Shown piece after piece: positions 1 to 10,176 of a stretch of DNA of 64,000 nt. The stretch covers positions 3,872,001 through 3,936,000 of the forward strand of contig CBDEFM010000002.1 of assembly GCA_965237415.1 (NCBI GenBank). Reading direction: 5' to 3'. The stretch is from Alphaproteobacteria bacterium (GTDB lineage: Bacteria > Pseudomonadota > Alphaproteobacteria > UBA828). Numbering within the stretch: position 1 is the first letter of the stretch; every line of letters starts with the position of its first letter. The translations under genes were made by a program, and so were the position numbers. The notes beneath the pieces are model-generated. The model saw only the letters and a list, made by a program, of their open reading frames with translations, was not told the origin of the DNA and did no database searches.

Positions 1-2
1 AC

Positions 3-2249
3 ATTTCGCTCGACGGCGAGGTGCACGCCTGCTTCGTGCGCTCGCCCCATGCCCATGCGGACATAACGGCGATCGACACATCGGCGGCAGCGGCCGCCGA
101 AGGCGTGCTCGCCGTCTATACCGGCACGGACGTGGCGGCGGACGGACTCGGCACGCTGCCATGCATCGCCGATGCCTTCGTGGCCCTCACACGCCCGGAC
201 GGCAGCCCCGCCTGCTACCCGCCCAATCCGATGCTGTCGAGCGACCGCGTGCACCACGTCGGCGAGGCGGTAGCCATGATCGTGGCCGAGACGCTCGCCG
301 CCGCGCAGGATGCGGCAGAGCTCGTGAGTGTGGAGTACGCATCGTTGCCGGCGGTGGTCGACGCGGCGCAAGCACGCGAGCCGGGCGCGCCGGAGATTTG
401 GCCGGAGGCGCCGGGCAACCTTTCCTGTACGTGGGCACAGGGCGACGCCGACGCCACCGACGCCGCCTTCAGGGCCGCTGCCCATGTCGTGGAGATCGAG
501 CTGGTCAACAACCGCCTGGTCGTGAGTACCATCGAGCCGCGCGGTGCGCTCGGCGTCTACGATCCCGCGAGCGAGCGCTACACCCTCTACATCAACAGCC
601 AGCACGTGCACGGCGCGCGCGCCATCGTCGCCGGCATTCTCGGGATCGAAGAGGACCGCCTGCGCATCCTCTCTTACGACCTCGGCGGCGGCTTCGGCAT
701 GAAGTACTTCACCTATCCCGAGCAGGTCCTGGTGGCCTGGGCGGCGCGCAAGCTGGGGCGCCCTGTGCGCTGGCTGTGCGGCCGCACCGAGGGTTTTCTC
801 AGCGACACCCAGGCGCGCGACCATCTGACCCGGGCGGCGCTGGCGCTGGATGCCGACGGGCTGTTCCTGGGTCTCCGCGTGCGCACGCTCGCCAATCTCG
901 GCGCCTACGTCTCCAATCTGGGCCCCATCTCGCCCACCCTGCTCTACACGCGCATGCTCGCGAACGCCTACCGCACTCCCGCGATCCATGCCGAGGTGGA
1001 AGGCGTGCTCACCAACACCGTCTTCACGGATGCCTACCGTGGCGCCGGCATTCCGGAATCGAACTACGTGGTCGAGCGCCTGGTCGACAAGGCCGCGGCG
1101 AAACTCGGCCTCGCGCCCGACGAGATCCGCCGGCGCAACCTGATCCCGGCGGCGGAGATGCCGTATCAGGTGCCGCTCGACCTCACCTACGACTCGGGCG
1201 ACTACGCCCGCAACCTCGATGACAGTATGGCCCTTGCCGGCTGGTCGGGCTTCGCCGAGCGGCGTGCGGAGGCGGCGGCGCGGGGCAGGCTGCGCGGCAT
1301 CGGCATGGCGGTCTACGTCGAGTCGACCGTGGGCGACCCGGCTGAGCATATCTCCATCCGCTTCCGCGCCGACGGCGGCGTCACTCTCAGCTCCGGCACG
1401 GGCGCGTCCGGCCAGGGGCACGAAACCACCTATGCCCAGCTCCTCGGCGAGAGCTTGGGGATTCCCTTCGAGGCAGTCGACCTCGTCGAGGGAGACAGCG
1501 ACGACCTGCCGGCCGGCGGCGGCTCCGGCGGCTCGCGCTCCACCTACATGGTGGCGCTGGCGATCGAAGACGGTGCCGCCAAGGTGATCGACAAGGGCAC
1601 GAAGGTCGCCGCCAATCTGCTTGAAGTCGCGCCGGCGGACGTCCGCTTCGCCGACGGCAACTTCGCCATCGCCGGCACCGACCGCGCCATCGACATCATG
1701 GAACTCGCGGCGCAGGCGAGAGATCCCGCCAATCTGCCGGAGGGCATGGAGCCGGGGCTCGACGCCGACGGCAGGACGGAAACCTTGGACGGCACCTTCC
1801 CCAACGGCTGTCATATCTGCGAGGTCGAGGTCGATCCCGACACCGGGGCGGTGGATATCGTCAACTATGCCGCGGTCAACGACTTCGGCCGCATCGTCAA
1901 TCCCGTGCTGGTCGACGGGCAGGTTCACGGCGGCGTGGCGCAGGGGCTGGGCCAGGCCGTGTACGAGAACTGCGTCTACGACGAGCAGTCGGGGCAGCTG
2001 CTCTCGGGCTCCTTCATGGACTATTGCCTGCCGCGCGCCGACGACATGCCCCCCTTCTCGCTGGCCTCCAACGGCGTGCCGACCAACCAGAACCCGCTCG
2101 GCATCAAGGGCTGTGGGGAGGCGGGCGCAATTCCGGCACCCGCTGCCGTGGTGAACGCCGTCCTCGATGCGCTCAAGGAGCGCGGCGTCACCGATATCGA
2201 CATGCCGCTCACCCCGGAGCGCGTGTGGCGCGCGCTCGAAAATACTTGA
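3..2249 (+). CDS. Xanthine dehydrogenase/CoxL-like molybdopterin-binding large subunit (5'-truncated by window edge)
   Basis: Motifs RSPHAHA, GGGFGMK, AYRGAG, GQGHET, GQVHGG and KGCGEAG; the frame is open to the window start. Confidence 0.92.
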   Translation: MSLDGEVHACFVRSPHAHADITAIDTSAAAAAEGVLAVYTGTDVAADGLGTLPCIADAFVALTRPDGSPACYPPNPMLSSDRVHHVGEAVAMIVAETLAAAQDAAELVSVEYASLPAVVDAAQAREPGAPEIWPEAPGNLSCTWAQGDADATDAAFRAAAHVVEIELVNNRLVVSTIEPRGALGVYDPASERYTLYINSQHVHGARAIVAGILGIEEDRLRILSYDLGGGFGMKYFTYPEQVLVAWAARKLGRPVRWLCGRTEGFLSDTQARDHLTRAALALDADGLFLGLRVRTLANLGAYVSNLGPISPTLLYTRMLANAYRTPAIHAEVEGVLTNTVFTDAYRGAGIPESNYVVERLVDKAAAKLGLAPDEIRRRNLIPAAEMPYQVPLDLTYDSGDYARNLDDSMALAGWSGFAERRAEAAARGRLRGIGMAVYVESTVGDPAEHISIRFRADGGVTLSSGTGASGQGHETTYAQLLGESLGIPFEAVDLVEGDSDDLPAGGGSGGSRSTYMVALAIEDGAAKVIDKGTKVAANLLEVAPADVRFADGNFAIAGTDRAIDIMELAAQARDPANLPEGMEPGLDADGRTETLDGTFPNGCHICEVEVDPDTGAVDIVNYAAVNDFGRIVNPVLVDGQVHGGVAQGLGQAVYENCVYDEQSGQLLSGSFMDYCLPRADDMPPFSLASNGVPTNQNPLGIKGCGEAGAIPAPAAVVNAVLDALKERGVTDIDMPLTPERVWRALENT

Positions 2250-2262
2250 GGATCAGACGCCC

Positions 2263-2802
2263 ATGGCTGCCGCGATCGACCCCGTCTTCACCGACCTGCC
2301 CAATAGCATTATCGGCCAGACCCGGCAGATCTGCATCGTCACCCGCGACCTCGACGCCTGCGTCCGCAACTATGCCGACCGCATGGGGATCGGCCCCTGG
2401 TGGGTCCAGGAGTACGCGCCGCCCGTCCTGACCGACAGGCACTATCGCGGCGGCCCCGGCCAGTTCTCCATGCGCCTCGCGCTCGCCTGGACGGGCGATC
2501 TCAATTGGGAGATCATCGAGCCGCTGGAGGGGCCCAGCATCTATCACGAGTTCCTCGAAGAACACGGCGAGGGACTGCAGCACGTGGGCTTCCTGCTTCA
2601 GGACACGGGCCTCGACTGGGACGCCTGCGTCGCCGACATGGAGGCACGCGGATTCGCACGGGTCATGAGCGGGGGCTGGCGCGGCGTACGCTTCTGCTAC
2701 TTCCAGACCGAGGACGCGCTCAAGACCACGCTGGAGCTGATCTACCGCCCGGAGGGCTATCAGCGCCCCGACCCGCTATACTGGTACCCGCCCCGCGACT
2801 AA
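2263..2802 (+). CDS. VOC/glyoxalase family protein (methylmalonyl-CoA epimerase-like)
   Basis: Motifs [15 protein letters not shown] and [27 protein letters not shown]; ATG at 2263 follows GAGGA. Confidence 0.85.
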   Translation: MAAAIDPVFTDLPNSIIGQTRQICIVTRDLDACVRNYADRMGIGPWWVQEYAPPVLTDRHYRGGPGQFSMRLALAWTGDLNWEIIEPLEGPSIYHEFLEEHGEGLQHVGFLLQDTGLDWDACVADMEARGFARVMSGGWRGVRFCYFQTEDALKTTLELIYRPEGYQRPDPLYWYPPRD

Positions 2803-2824
2803 AGCGACGTAGGGAAAGTCGAGA

Positions 2825-3637
2825 TCAGCTGTCCCGCCAGACCGGGTCCCGCTTCTCCAGGAAGGCCGTGATGCCCTCGCGCGCATCGTCGGCCTGGATG
2901 GTGCGGTAGATCACCTCGCCGGCGTAGTCGTAAGCCGCGCCGCGGTCCATCTCCAGCTGGCGGTAGAAGGACTGCTTGCCCTGGGCGATGGCGTAGGCTG
3001 ATTTTGCCGCGATATGCCGCGCCACTTCCTCCACCCTCTCGCCCAGCTTGTCCGGCGCCACGACCTCGCTGACCAACCCCATGCGGAACGCGGTCTCCGC
3101 GTCCACCATCTTGCCGGTGAGCAGCATCTGCATCGCGTGCTTGGGCGCGACGGCGCGGCTCACCGCGACCTGCGGGGAGTGGCACCAGAAGCCGATGTTC
3201 ACGCCAGGGGTGGCAAACCTGGCCTCCGACGAGGCGTAGACGAGATCGCAGCTCGCGACCAGCTCGCACCCTGCGGCGGTGGCGATGCTGTGGACCTTGG
3301 CGATCACCGGCTGAGGCAGGCTGATCAGGCTCTGCATCATGCGCGAGCACGTGGCGGTCGCCTCCCGCTTGGTCTCCGGCGCCTTCATGGCCTCGACCGA
3401 TTCGTTGAGATCGTGGCCGGTGCAGAAAAGCCGCCCCTGCGCCGCCAGGATCACCACCCGCACCGAGCGGTCGTCCCTGATCTCGTCGAGAGTGTCCTGC
3501 AGCTCGTGAACCAGCTGGTGGGACAGGCTGTTGCCCGACTTGGGCCGGTTCAGCGTGAGCGTCGTCACACCCTGATCGTCCTTGCGGCGCAGCGTGCGCG
3601 CCGTCCCCGCCGGCAGTTCCACAATCTCGGTCGCCAT
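2825..3637 (-). CDS. Enoyl-CoA hydratase/isomerase family protein
   Basis: Motifs LTLNRP, FCTGHDL, ATAAGCELVASCD, FATPGVNIG and EGITAFLEKR; start trimmed to the ATG after GGAGGG. Confidence 0.9.
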   Translation of the reverse strand: MATEIVELPAGTARTLRRKDDQGVTTLTLNRPKSGNSLSHQLVHELQDTLDEIRDDRSVRVVILAAQGRLFCTGHDLNESVEAMKAPETKREATATCSRMMQSLISLPQPVIAKVHSIATAAGCELVASCDLVYASSEARFATPGVNIGFWCHSPQVAVSRAVAPKHAMQMLLTGKMVDAETAFRMGLVSEVVAPDKLGERVEEVARHIAAKSAYAIAQGKQSFYRQLEMDRGAAYDYAGEVIYRTIQADDAREGITAFLEKRDPVWRDS

Positions 3638-3815
3638 CATTCCCTCCGCTCTCGGGCTTGCGGGCGGCATTCTAGCACCATGCGACACGGAACGCGCAGG
3701 TGGTGGGCGCGGTCGGACGGCCGGCTTGCGGCGCCGCCGGTTGTGGCCTATGTCGTGGCCCGGCGGAGGTGGTGCCGTGCAGGCGCGCGTGCATCCGAGA
3801 GAAGCGGGAGACCCT

Positions 3816-4577
3816 ATGTCACAGCTTGAAGGGAAGGTCGCCATCGTCACCGGCGGCGGGCGGGGCTTGGGCCGCGCCTATTGCGAGGCGCTGGCGCGCG
3901 AAGGCGCGACGGTGGTTGCCGCCGATATCCGCGACACGGCCAAAACGGTCGAGGCCATCCGCGCCACCAACGGGCGCGTCACCGGCATCGCGCTCGACGC
4001 CGCCGACATGGCGAGCTGCGAGACCATGGCCAAGCACGCCGTCAACGAATTCGGGCGTATCGACGTGCTCGTGAACAACGCCGCGCTCTACGGCGACATC
4101 CAGGGCGGGCGTTTCGACAAGATTTCCGAGGACGAGTGGGACCGCACCATGGCCGTCAACGTGCGGGGCGTCTGGCAATGCTGCAAGGCGTGCGTGCCGG
4201 CCATGCGGGACGCAGGGGGCGGCTCGATCATCAACATCGCCTCCCTCGCCGCGGTCTATGGCATGCCCTTCGGGCTGCACTACGCGACGTCGAAGGCCGC
4301 GGTCATCGGCATGACCCGCGCGCTCGCCCGCGAGCTCGGGCGCGACTGGGTCAGGGTCAACGCGATTGCGCCGAGCGCGGTGCTGACCGAGGGCACCGAC
4401 GAGTTCTTCGGCGCCAAGAAGGACAAGTTGCTCCAGGCCGTCGCCACCGGCCAGAGCCTGCAGAAGAACCTTACCACCGACGATCTGGTCGGCACCGTGC
4501 TCTATCTCGCCTCCGACGCGAGCCGGATGGTCACGGGCCAGACCCTCATGGTGGACGGCGGCACGGTCTTTCTCTAG
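3816..4577 (+). CDS. SDR family NAD(P)-dependent oxidoreductase
   Basis: Motifs TGGGRGLG, NNAA and YxxxK (YATSK). Confidence 0.92.
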   Translation: MSQLEGKVAIVTGGGRGLGRAYCEALAREGATVVAADIRDTAKTVEAIRATNGRVTGIALDAADMASCETMAKHAVNEFGRIDVLVNNAALYGDIQGGRFDKISEDEWDRTMAVNVRGVWQCCKACVPAMRDAGGGSIINIASLAAVYGMPFGLHYATSKAAVIGMTRALARELGRDWVRVNAIAPSAVLTEGTDEFFGAKKDKLLQAVATGQSLQKNLTTDDLVGTVLYLASDASRMVTGQTLMVDGGTVFL

Positions 4578-4630
4578 CCCGCACCGCCCGCGCGCGGCTT
4601 CTTGCGCCCAGCAGTATTCTTATTGGCGGG

Positions 4631-5419
4631 CTACCGGCCCGTGAACTTGGGGGCGCGCTTTTCCATGAACGCGGTGCGCCCCTCGGTGTAGTCGGCGCTG
4701 GTGAAGCAGGCCGTTACCAGCTCCTCGCAGAGGGCAGGGTCGACTCCCTCGGCGCCGCTGCGTGCGAGCTCGGCTATCATGCGCTTGCTCGCGCGCACGG
4801 AGAGCGGCGCGTTGGCGGCGATGCCGGTGCAGTAGCGCTCGATGGTCTCGTCCAGCGTGTCGTCGGGGACGGTCTGGTTGACGAGTCCGATGCGCTCGGC
4901 CTCCGAGGCGGAGAAGCGCCGCGCGGTGATGAGGATCTCCTTGGCGAAGGCGGGGCCCACGAGATCGGTCAGCAGCTTGAGCGAGCCGACGCGATAGCCG
5001 ACTCCGAGCCTCGCGGCCGGGATCGCGAAGGTCGCGCCAGTGCCGGCGATGCGCAGGTCGCAGGCGATGGCGAGGCCGAGGCCGCCCCCCATGCAATAGC
5101 CGCGGATCATGGCGATGGTCGGCCGGTCCGCATTACGGAGCCGCTGGGCGGCGCCTTCCGCGAGTTCGTCGTAGGCCGCGACCGCCTCCTCGCTCGCGCG
5201 CTCGGTCGCGAACTCGGAGATGTCCGCGCCCGAGACGAAGGCCTTGTCGCCGGCGCCCTTGAGCACGATCACGCGGATCGTGGGATCGGCTTCCAGCCGG
5301 TCGAGCGCCTCCGGCAGCGCGCGCCACATGGCGACGGAGAGCGCGTTGTGCTTCGCCGGGTTGTTGAAAGTGATCCAGCCGACGGCGCCGGCTGTCTCGA
5401 CAAGCAGTTGGTCAGTCAT
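4631..5419 (-). CDS. Enoyl-CoA hydratase family protein
   Basis: C-terminal part of the 705-aa track ORF, from MTDQLLVE: motifs AFVSGADISEF, GYCMGGG and IPAARLG. Confidence 0.9.
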   Translation of the reverse strand: MTDQLLVETAGAVGWITFNNPAKHNALSVAMWRALPEALDRLEADPTIRVIVLKGAGDKAFVSGADISEFATERASEEAVAAYDELAEGAAQRLRNADRPTIAMIRGYCMGGGLGLAIACDLRIAGTGATFAIPAARLGVGYRVGSLKLLTDLVGPAFAKEILITARRFSASEAERIGLVNQTVPDDTLDETIERYCTGIAANAPLSVRASKRMIAELARSGAEGVDPALCEELVTACFTSADYTEGRTAFMEKRAPKFTGR

Positions 5420-5467
5420 GGGGCATTCCTGAAAGGCAAGCAGGGGAGGGGGGGGGCGCCGGGCTGG

Positions 5468-6788
5468 GGTACAGACCGGATAGATAGGTAACAGAATGGA
5501 CCGGATAGATGGGTGACAGGTTATGGCAGGGCCAGGAGGTGGCCGATGCCGTGGAAGGAGACCTGTCGCATGGAGGAGAAGTTGGTTTTTGTCGCAGACT
5601 GTCTGCGTGGCGAGTTGCCGATGACAGCGCTTTGCGAGGACTACGGCATCAGCCGCAAGACGGGCTACAAATGGCTCGGTCGCTATCGCGAGCACGGCCC
5701 GGAGGGCCTGGTGGAGCGCTCTCGTGCGCCGCACCGTCATGGTCGGTCGATGGCGCCGGAGATGGCCGAAGCGATTGTTGCTCTGCGCAGGCAGCGTCCC
5801 CATTGGGGTCCGCGCAAGCTGCGCGCAGTGCTGATGGGAGAGCGCCCCGAGGCGGTGTGGCCTGCGGCCAGCACGATGGGCGATCTGCTGCGTGCGGAAG
5901 GGCTGGTGAGCGCCCGCCGCCGGCGTCGTCGGGTAGCTGCGCCTGGTCGGCCGTTCCGTGCCGTCACCGCACCCAACGATGTGTGGTGCATCGACTTCAA
6001 GGGTTGGTTCCGCACCCGCGACGGCGAACGCTGCGACCCGCTGACCGTCAGCGACGCTTACAGCCGTTTCCTTCTGGCCTGTGTCATCGTCCCGCCCCGG
6101 ACCGACACGGTCCGTGTGGCGGTCGAGCAGCTCTTCAAGCGCTACGGCCTGCCTCTGGCCATCCGCTCGGACAACGGGGCACCGTTCGCCGGAACGGGCG
6201 CGGGCGGACTGTCTCGTCTGTCGGTCGGCTGGATCAAGGCCGGCATCGCGTTGGAGCGCATCGAGCCGGGCCAGCCCCAGCAGAACGGACGGCACGAGCG
6301 CATGCATCGGACCTTGAAGGCCGAGACGGCCAAACCGCCGGCCGCGAGTGCGGGCCAGCAGCAGGTCCGCTTCGACCGCTTCCGCCAGGACTTCAACGAC
6401 AACCGTCCCCACGAGGCGCTTGGCCAGCAGCCGCCTGCGGCGTTCTACCGGCCCTCGCTGCGGCCTTACCCCGAACGCCTGGACGAGCCCTGGTACGATG
6501 CCTGGCACGCCATGCGCCGGGTGCGCACCGACGGGTCCATCAAGTGGGGCGGCGACCTGGTCTTCATCAGCGAGACGCTGAAGGGCGAACCCGTCGGCAT
6601 CGCCGAGACCGACAGCGGCGACTGGATCGTTCGCTTCGCCGACATCGACCTCGGCATCATCGATCGCCGGACGAAAAAACTTCATGGCTTCCGCGCGGCC
6701 CGGCCGGGCCGCGCGGAAGCCAAACAAACGACGAACACTGTTACCCATGTAACCGGTCCATAGCGTTACCTATGCTTCCGGTTGCACA
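5468..6788 (+). mobile_element. IS481-family insertion sequence
   Basis: Imperfect terminal inverted repeats of about 50 bp: left GGTACAGACCGGATAGATAGGTAACAGAATGGACCGGATAGATGGGTGACA; the right end finishes ...CCGGTTGCACA. Each end has two internal repeat units. Encloses a single transposase. No target duplication seen. Confidence 0.85.
5546..6763 (+). CDS. IS481-family DDE transposase
   Basis: Starts MPWKETC after AGGAGG; HTH region (GISRKTGYKW); rve core motifs WCIDFKG, SDNG and QQNGRHERMH. Confidence 0.92.
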   Translation: MPWKETCRMEEKLVFVADCLRGELPMTALCEDYGISRKTGYKWLGRYREHGPEGLVERSRAPHRHGRSMAPEMAEAIVALRRQRPHWGPRKLRAVLMGERPEAVWPAASTMGDLLRAEGLVSARRRRRRVAAPGRPFRAVTAPNDVWCIDFKGWFRTRDGERCDPLTVSDAYSRFLLACVIVPPRTDTVRVAVEQLFKRYGLPLAIRSDNGAPFAGTGAGGLSRLSVGWIKAGIALERIEPGQPQQNGRHERMHRTLKAETAKPPAASAGQQQVRFDRFRQDFNDNRPHEALGQQPPAAFYRPSLRPYPERLDEPWYDAWHAMRRVRTDGSIKWGGDLVFISETLKGEPVGIAETDSGDWIVRFADIDLGIIDRRTKKLHGFRAARPGRAEAKQTTNTVTHVTGP

Positions 6789-6790
6789 GT

Positions 6791-7984
6791 CTACACGATA
6801 CCCCGGCCTCGAAAATCCTCGATCTGGGCGGCGCCGTAGCCGAGCGCGCCCAGAATCTCTTCGGTGTGGGCGCCGAGCTCTGGCGTCGCCCCGTGTACCG
6901 TGAATGGCGTGCGGCTGAGCCGCGCCGCCTGGGAGACGATGTGCGTTTGCCCGAGGGTCGGGTGCTCCACGGGCTCCGCCATTCCCAGGTGTTGCACCTG
7001 CGGGTCGGCGAACATCTCGTCGATGGCGTAGATCGGCCCGCAGGGCACGCCCGCCTGGTTGAGTGCCTCGACCCATGCGGTGCTCGGCTTCGTCCGCGTG
7101 CGCTCGTTGATGATGGCGTTGAGCGCCGCCCGGTTCTCGGAGCGGCCCTCGCCAGTCGCAAACTGCGGGTCGGTGATCAGCTCCGGCATGCCGAGCGCCT
7201 CGCACAGGCGTTCATAGATGGCGCCGCCGGATGTCGCGATGTTGATGTGGCCGTCGGCGGTCTCGAACACGCCGGTCGGGATGCTCGTCGGATGATCGTT
7301 GCCGGCCTGGCCGGGTGCCTCACCTTCGAACAGGTAGCGGGCGGCCTGGAAGTCGAGCTGCGCGATCATCGCTTGCAACAGCGAGGACTGCACCCACTGC
7401 CCTTCGCCCGAGCGCTCGCGCTCCAGCAGCGCGACGAGGATGCCGATTGCCGTATAGAGCCCGGCGCTCAGGTCCGCGATCGGGATCCCGACGCGCATCG
7501 GCCCCCGGCCGGGCTCGCCGGTGATCGACATGAGCCCGCCCATGCCCTGGGCGATCTGATCGAAACCCGGCCGCGTTGCGTAGGGGCCGTCCTGACCGAA
7601 GCCGGAGAGGCTGGCATAGACGAGGCGGGGGTTGAGCGCGCTGAGCGTCTCGTAGTCGATGCCGAGGCGGTGCTTCACGTCGGGCCGGTAGTTCTCCACC
7701 ACCACGTCGGCGCCCTCGGCCAGGCGCTTGAAGATGGCGACGCCGTCGGGCTCCTTGAGGTTGAGGGTGAGGCTCCGCTTGTTGCGGTGCAGGTTCTGGA
7801 AGTCGGGGCCGTGCCGGGCCTTGATGGGGTCGCTCGCCGTCCCCGGCGTCCCCGGCGCCTCGATCTTGATGACGTCGGCACCCCAGTCGGCGAGTTGGCG
7901 CGCGGCAGTCGGCCCCGCCCGGTAGCGGGTGAGGTCGAGCACGGTGAAGCGCGCGAGCGCGCCGTCTGCCGGGGGATGTGTCAT
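6791..7984 (-). CDS. CaiB/BaiF (family III) CoA transferase
   Basis: Motifs VLDLT, AGP, GADVIKIE, RNKRS, ENYRP and GFDQIAQGMGG. Confidence 0.92.
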   Translation of the reverse strand: MTHPPADGALARFTVLDLTRYRAGPTAARQLADWGADVIKIEAPGTPGTASDPIKARHGPDFQNLHRNKRSLTLNLKEPDGVAIFKRLAEGADVVVENYRPDVKHRLGIDYETLSALNPRLVYASLSGFGQDGPYATRPGFDQIAQGMGGLMSITGEPGRGPMRVGIPIADLSAGLYTAIGILVALLERERSGEGQWVQSSLLQAMIAQLDFQAARYLFEGEAPGQAGNDHPTSIPTGVFETADGHINIATSGGAIYERLCEALGMPELITDPQFATGEGRSENRAALNAIINERTRTKPSTAWVEALNQAGVPCGPIYAIDEMFADPQVQHLGMAEPVEHPTLGQTHIVSQAARLSRTPFTVHGATPELGAHTEEILGALGYGAAQIEDFRGRGIV

Positions 7985-8019
7985 CGGGGCTGTTCCACTG
8001 CCGCTATTGTAGAGCGCGC

Positions 8020-8907
8020 TCACTCCTCCGAGAAATCTCGGACCGCGCTGTCGAATCGTCCGTAGCCGGCGTAGTCCACGATGTCATAGAGGTGCGCCCT
8101 GGTCATCATGCGCGGCACGAGGCCCGGCTGATCGTCGCTCTCGTCGAGGTCCCGCAGCCCGTCCTCCACGGCCTTCATGGCGAGCCGGAAGGTCGTGACC
8201 GGGTAGATCACCAGATTGTAGCCGAGCCCCGCCAGCGCGTTGCGCGAGAGCAGGGGAGACTTGCCGAACTCGGTCATGTTGGCCATGAGCGGCACGTCGA
8301 GCGCCGCGCGAAAGGCCTCGAACTCGCGCTCGTCCTGCAGCGCCTCGGGGAAGATCATGGCGGCGCCCGCGTCGACATAGGCCTTGGCCCGGTCGATGGC
8401 CTTGGCCAGGCCCTCGGGCGCGCGCGCATCGGTGCGGGCGATGAGCAGGAAGTCCGCGTCAATCCGGGCCTCAGCCGCGGCGCGCACGCGGCGCACCATC
8501 TCAGGCGTCGGCACCAGGGTCTTGCGCTCGAGGTGACCGCAGCGCTTAGGCGCCTCCTGATCCTCGATGTGGCAGCCGGCGAGGCCGGCTTCTTCCAGCA
8601 GGGCTATGGTGCGGGCGGCGTTGAGCGGTGCGCCGAAGCCGGTGTCGACATCGACGATGACGGGCAGCGTGCAGGCGCGTGCGATCGCCTGCGCGCGGGC
8701 GACGACCTCGCTCTGGGTCACCAGCCCGATGTCGGGCAGGCCGAGGTCGGCGGCGAGCGCCGCGCCGGAGACGTAGACGCCGTCGAAGCCCTGGCGCTCG
8801 ATGAGCTTCGCCACGATCGGCGCGAACGCGCCGGGGAAGCCCAGCAGGGCGCCGCTTGCGAGCGCTGCGCGGAGCGCCCGGCGGCGTTCAGGCGCGGGCG
8901 CGATCAT
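8020..8907 (-). CDS. prpB: 2-methylisocitrate lyase (ICL/PEP mutase family)
   Basis: Signature KRCGH, plus GLPDIG, DVDTGFG, IARTDA and ANMTEFGKS. Confidence 0.85.
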   Translation of the reverse strand: MIAPAPERRRALRAALASGALLGFPGAFAPIVAKLIERQGFDGVYVSGAALAADLGLPDIGLVTQSEVVARAQAIARACTLPVIVDVDTGFGAPLNAARTIALLEEAGLAGCHIEDQEAPKRCGHLERKTLVPTPEMVRRVRAAAEARIDADFLLIARTDARAPEGLAKAIDRAKAYVDAGAAMIFPEALQDEREFEAFRAALDVPLMANMTEFGKSPLLSRNALAGLGYNLVIYPVTTFRLAMKAVEDGLRDLDESDDQPGLVPRMMTRAHLYDIVDYAGYGRFDSAVRDFSEE

Positions 8908-9038
8908 GGGCGGCCTCCCGGCTTCCACGCCGGGGTGCGTTGGCGATGCATATGGTGGTATATGATGCGCCGGTCCGCCCCAGGGCGGGCAGGGCGCGGA
9001 CTCCCGCGCGCGGCGCCAGGGGGCAGAGGAGGAGATCG

Positions 9039-10142
9039 ATGAAGCTTGGCCTGTTCATGATGCCGATCCACAACCACAAGAGGGACTATCACACGACCCT
9101 CATGGAGGATATCGAGGCGATCGTCCATGCCGATAGCCTCGGCTTCAGCGAAGCCTGGGTCGGCGAGCACTACAGCTCCAAGTCGGAGCAGATCACCTCG
9201 CCCTTGCTCTTCCTCGCCCATCTGCTGCCGCAGACCAAGCAGATCGTCGCCGGCACCGGCGTGATCTGCCTGCCGCAGTATCACCCGGCGGTCACGGCCG
9301 GGCAGATCGCCATGTTCGACCACCTGGCGAAGGGCCGCTACATCGCGGGCCTCGGCCCCGGCGGGCTGCCGCCCGACTTCGAGGTCTTCGGCGTGATGGA
9401 CGCGGACCGCAACTCGATGATGATCGAGGCCATCGACATCATGATCGATATCTGGACCTCCGATCCGCCCTACGAATACAACGGCGAGCACTGGCAGATC
9501 TCCCTCAAGGACTGGGTCTACGAGGATATCGGGCTCGGCTATATGGCCAAGCCCTATCAGAAGCCCTATCCGCCGATCGCGATCTCGGCGATGAGCCCCT
9601 TCTCGGGCTCGATCAAGTTCGCGGGCTCGCGCGGCTATATCCCGATCTCGGCGAACTTCATCGGCACCTGGTCGGTCAAGTCCCACTGGCAGGTCTACGC
9701 CGAGGCGGCGGCCAAGGCGGGCCACGCGACCGACCCGGAGATCTGGCGCGTCGCGCGCAACATCCACGTGGACGAGACCGACGAGGCGGCCGAGGCCTTC
9801 GTCAAAAAGGGTGAGGACAGCACCGACTGGTACTTCAGCTACCTCTTCAGGATCTTCGAGCGCGCGGAGATGAAGGGGCCGTTCGTCGTCAACCAGGGCG
9901 ACGACCCGGCGGTGCTCACCCACGAGTCGATCCGCGACAACTACACGATCTACGGCAGTCCGAAGACGGTCGCCGAGAAGATCCTGGCGCTCAGAGACGA
10001 GATCGGGCACTTCGGCACGCTGATGCTGACCGCGCAGGACTGGACCGACAAGGAGCGGATGAAGCGCTCCATGTTGCTGCTGGCCGAAGAGGTCATGCCC
10101 AAGGTGAACGCCGCCATCGGCGCGCGGGCGGCGGCCGAGTAG
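9039..10142 (+). CDS. LLM-class (luciferase-like) flavin-dependent oxidoreductase
   Basis: Starts MKLGLFMMP after GAGGAG; motifs AWVGEH and FDHLAKGR. Confidence 0.9.
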   Translation: MKLGLFMMPIHNHKRDYHTTLMEDIEAIVHADSLGFSEAWVGEHYSSKSEQITSPLLFLAHLLPQTKQIVAGTGVICLPQYHPAVTAGQIAMFDHLAKGRYIAGLGPGGLPPDFEVFGVMDADRNSMMIEAIDIMIDIWTSDPPYEYNGEHWQISLKDWVYEDIGLGYMAKPYQKPYPPIAISAMSPFSGSIKFAGSRGYIPISANFIGTWSVKSHWQVYAEAAAKAGHATDPEIWRVARNIHVDETDEAAEAFVKKGEDSTDWYFSYLFRIFERAEMKGPFVVNQGDDPAVLTHESIRDNYTIYGSPKTVAEKILALRDEIGHFGTLMLTAQDWTDKERMKRSMLLLAEEVMPKVNAAIGARAAAE

Positions 10143-10176
10143 GGCCGCCACGCCCGAACGCCGGGGAGGGCGGGCG

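Noticed and set aside
3-2249. Bona fide aerobic CO dehydrogenase (form I CoxL)
   Set aside because: The active-site loop is AYRGAG, not AYXCSFR; there is no coxS or cox accessory gene in the window, and the CoxM-like gene is 20 kb away.
4631-6748. 705-aa transposase-antisense/hydratase fusion ORF
   Set aside because: The N-terminal part is the antisense frame of the IS481; only 4631-5419 has protein-family motifs.
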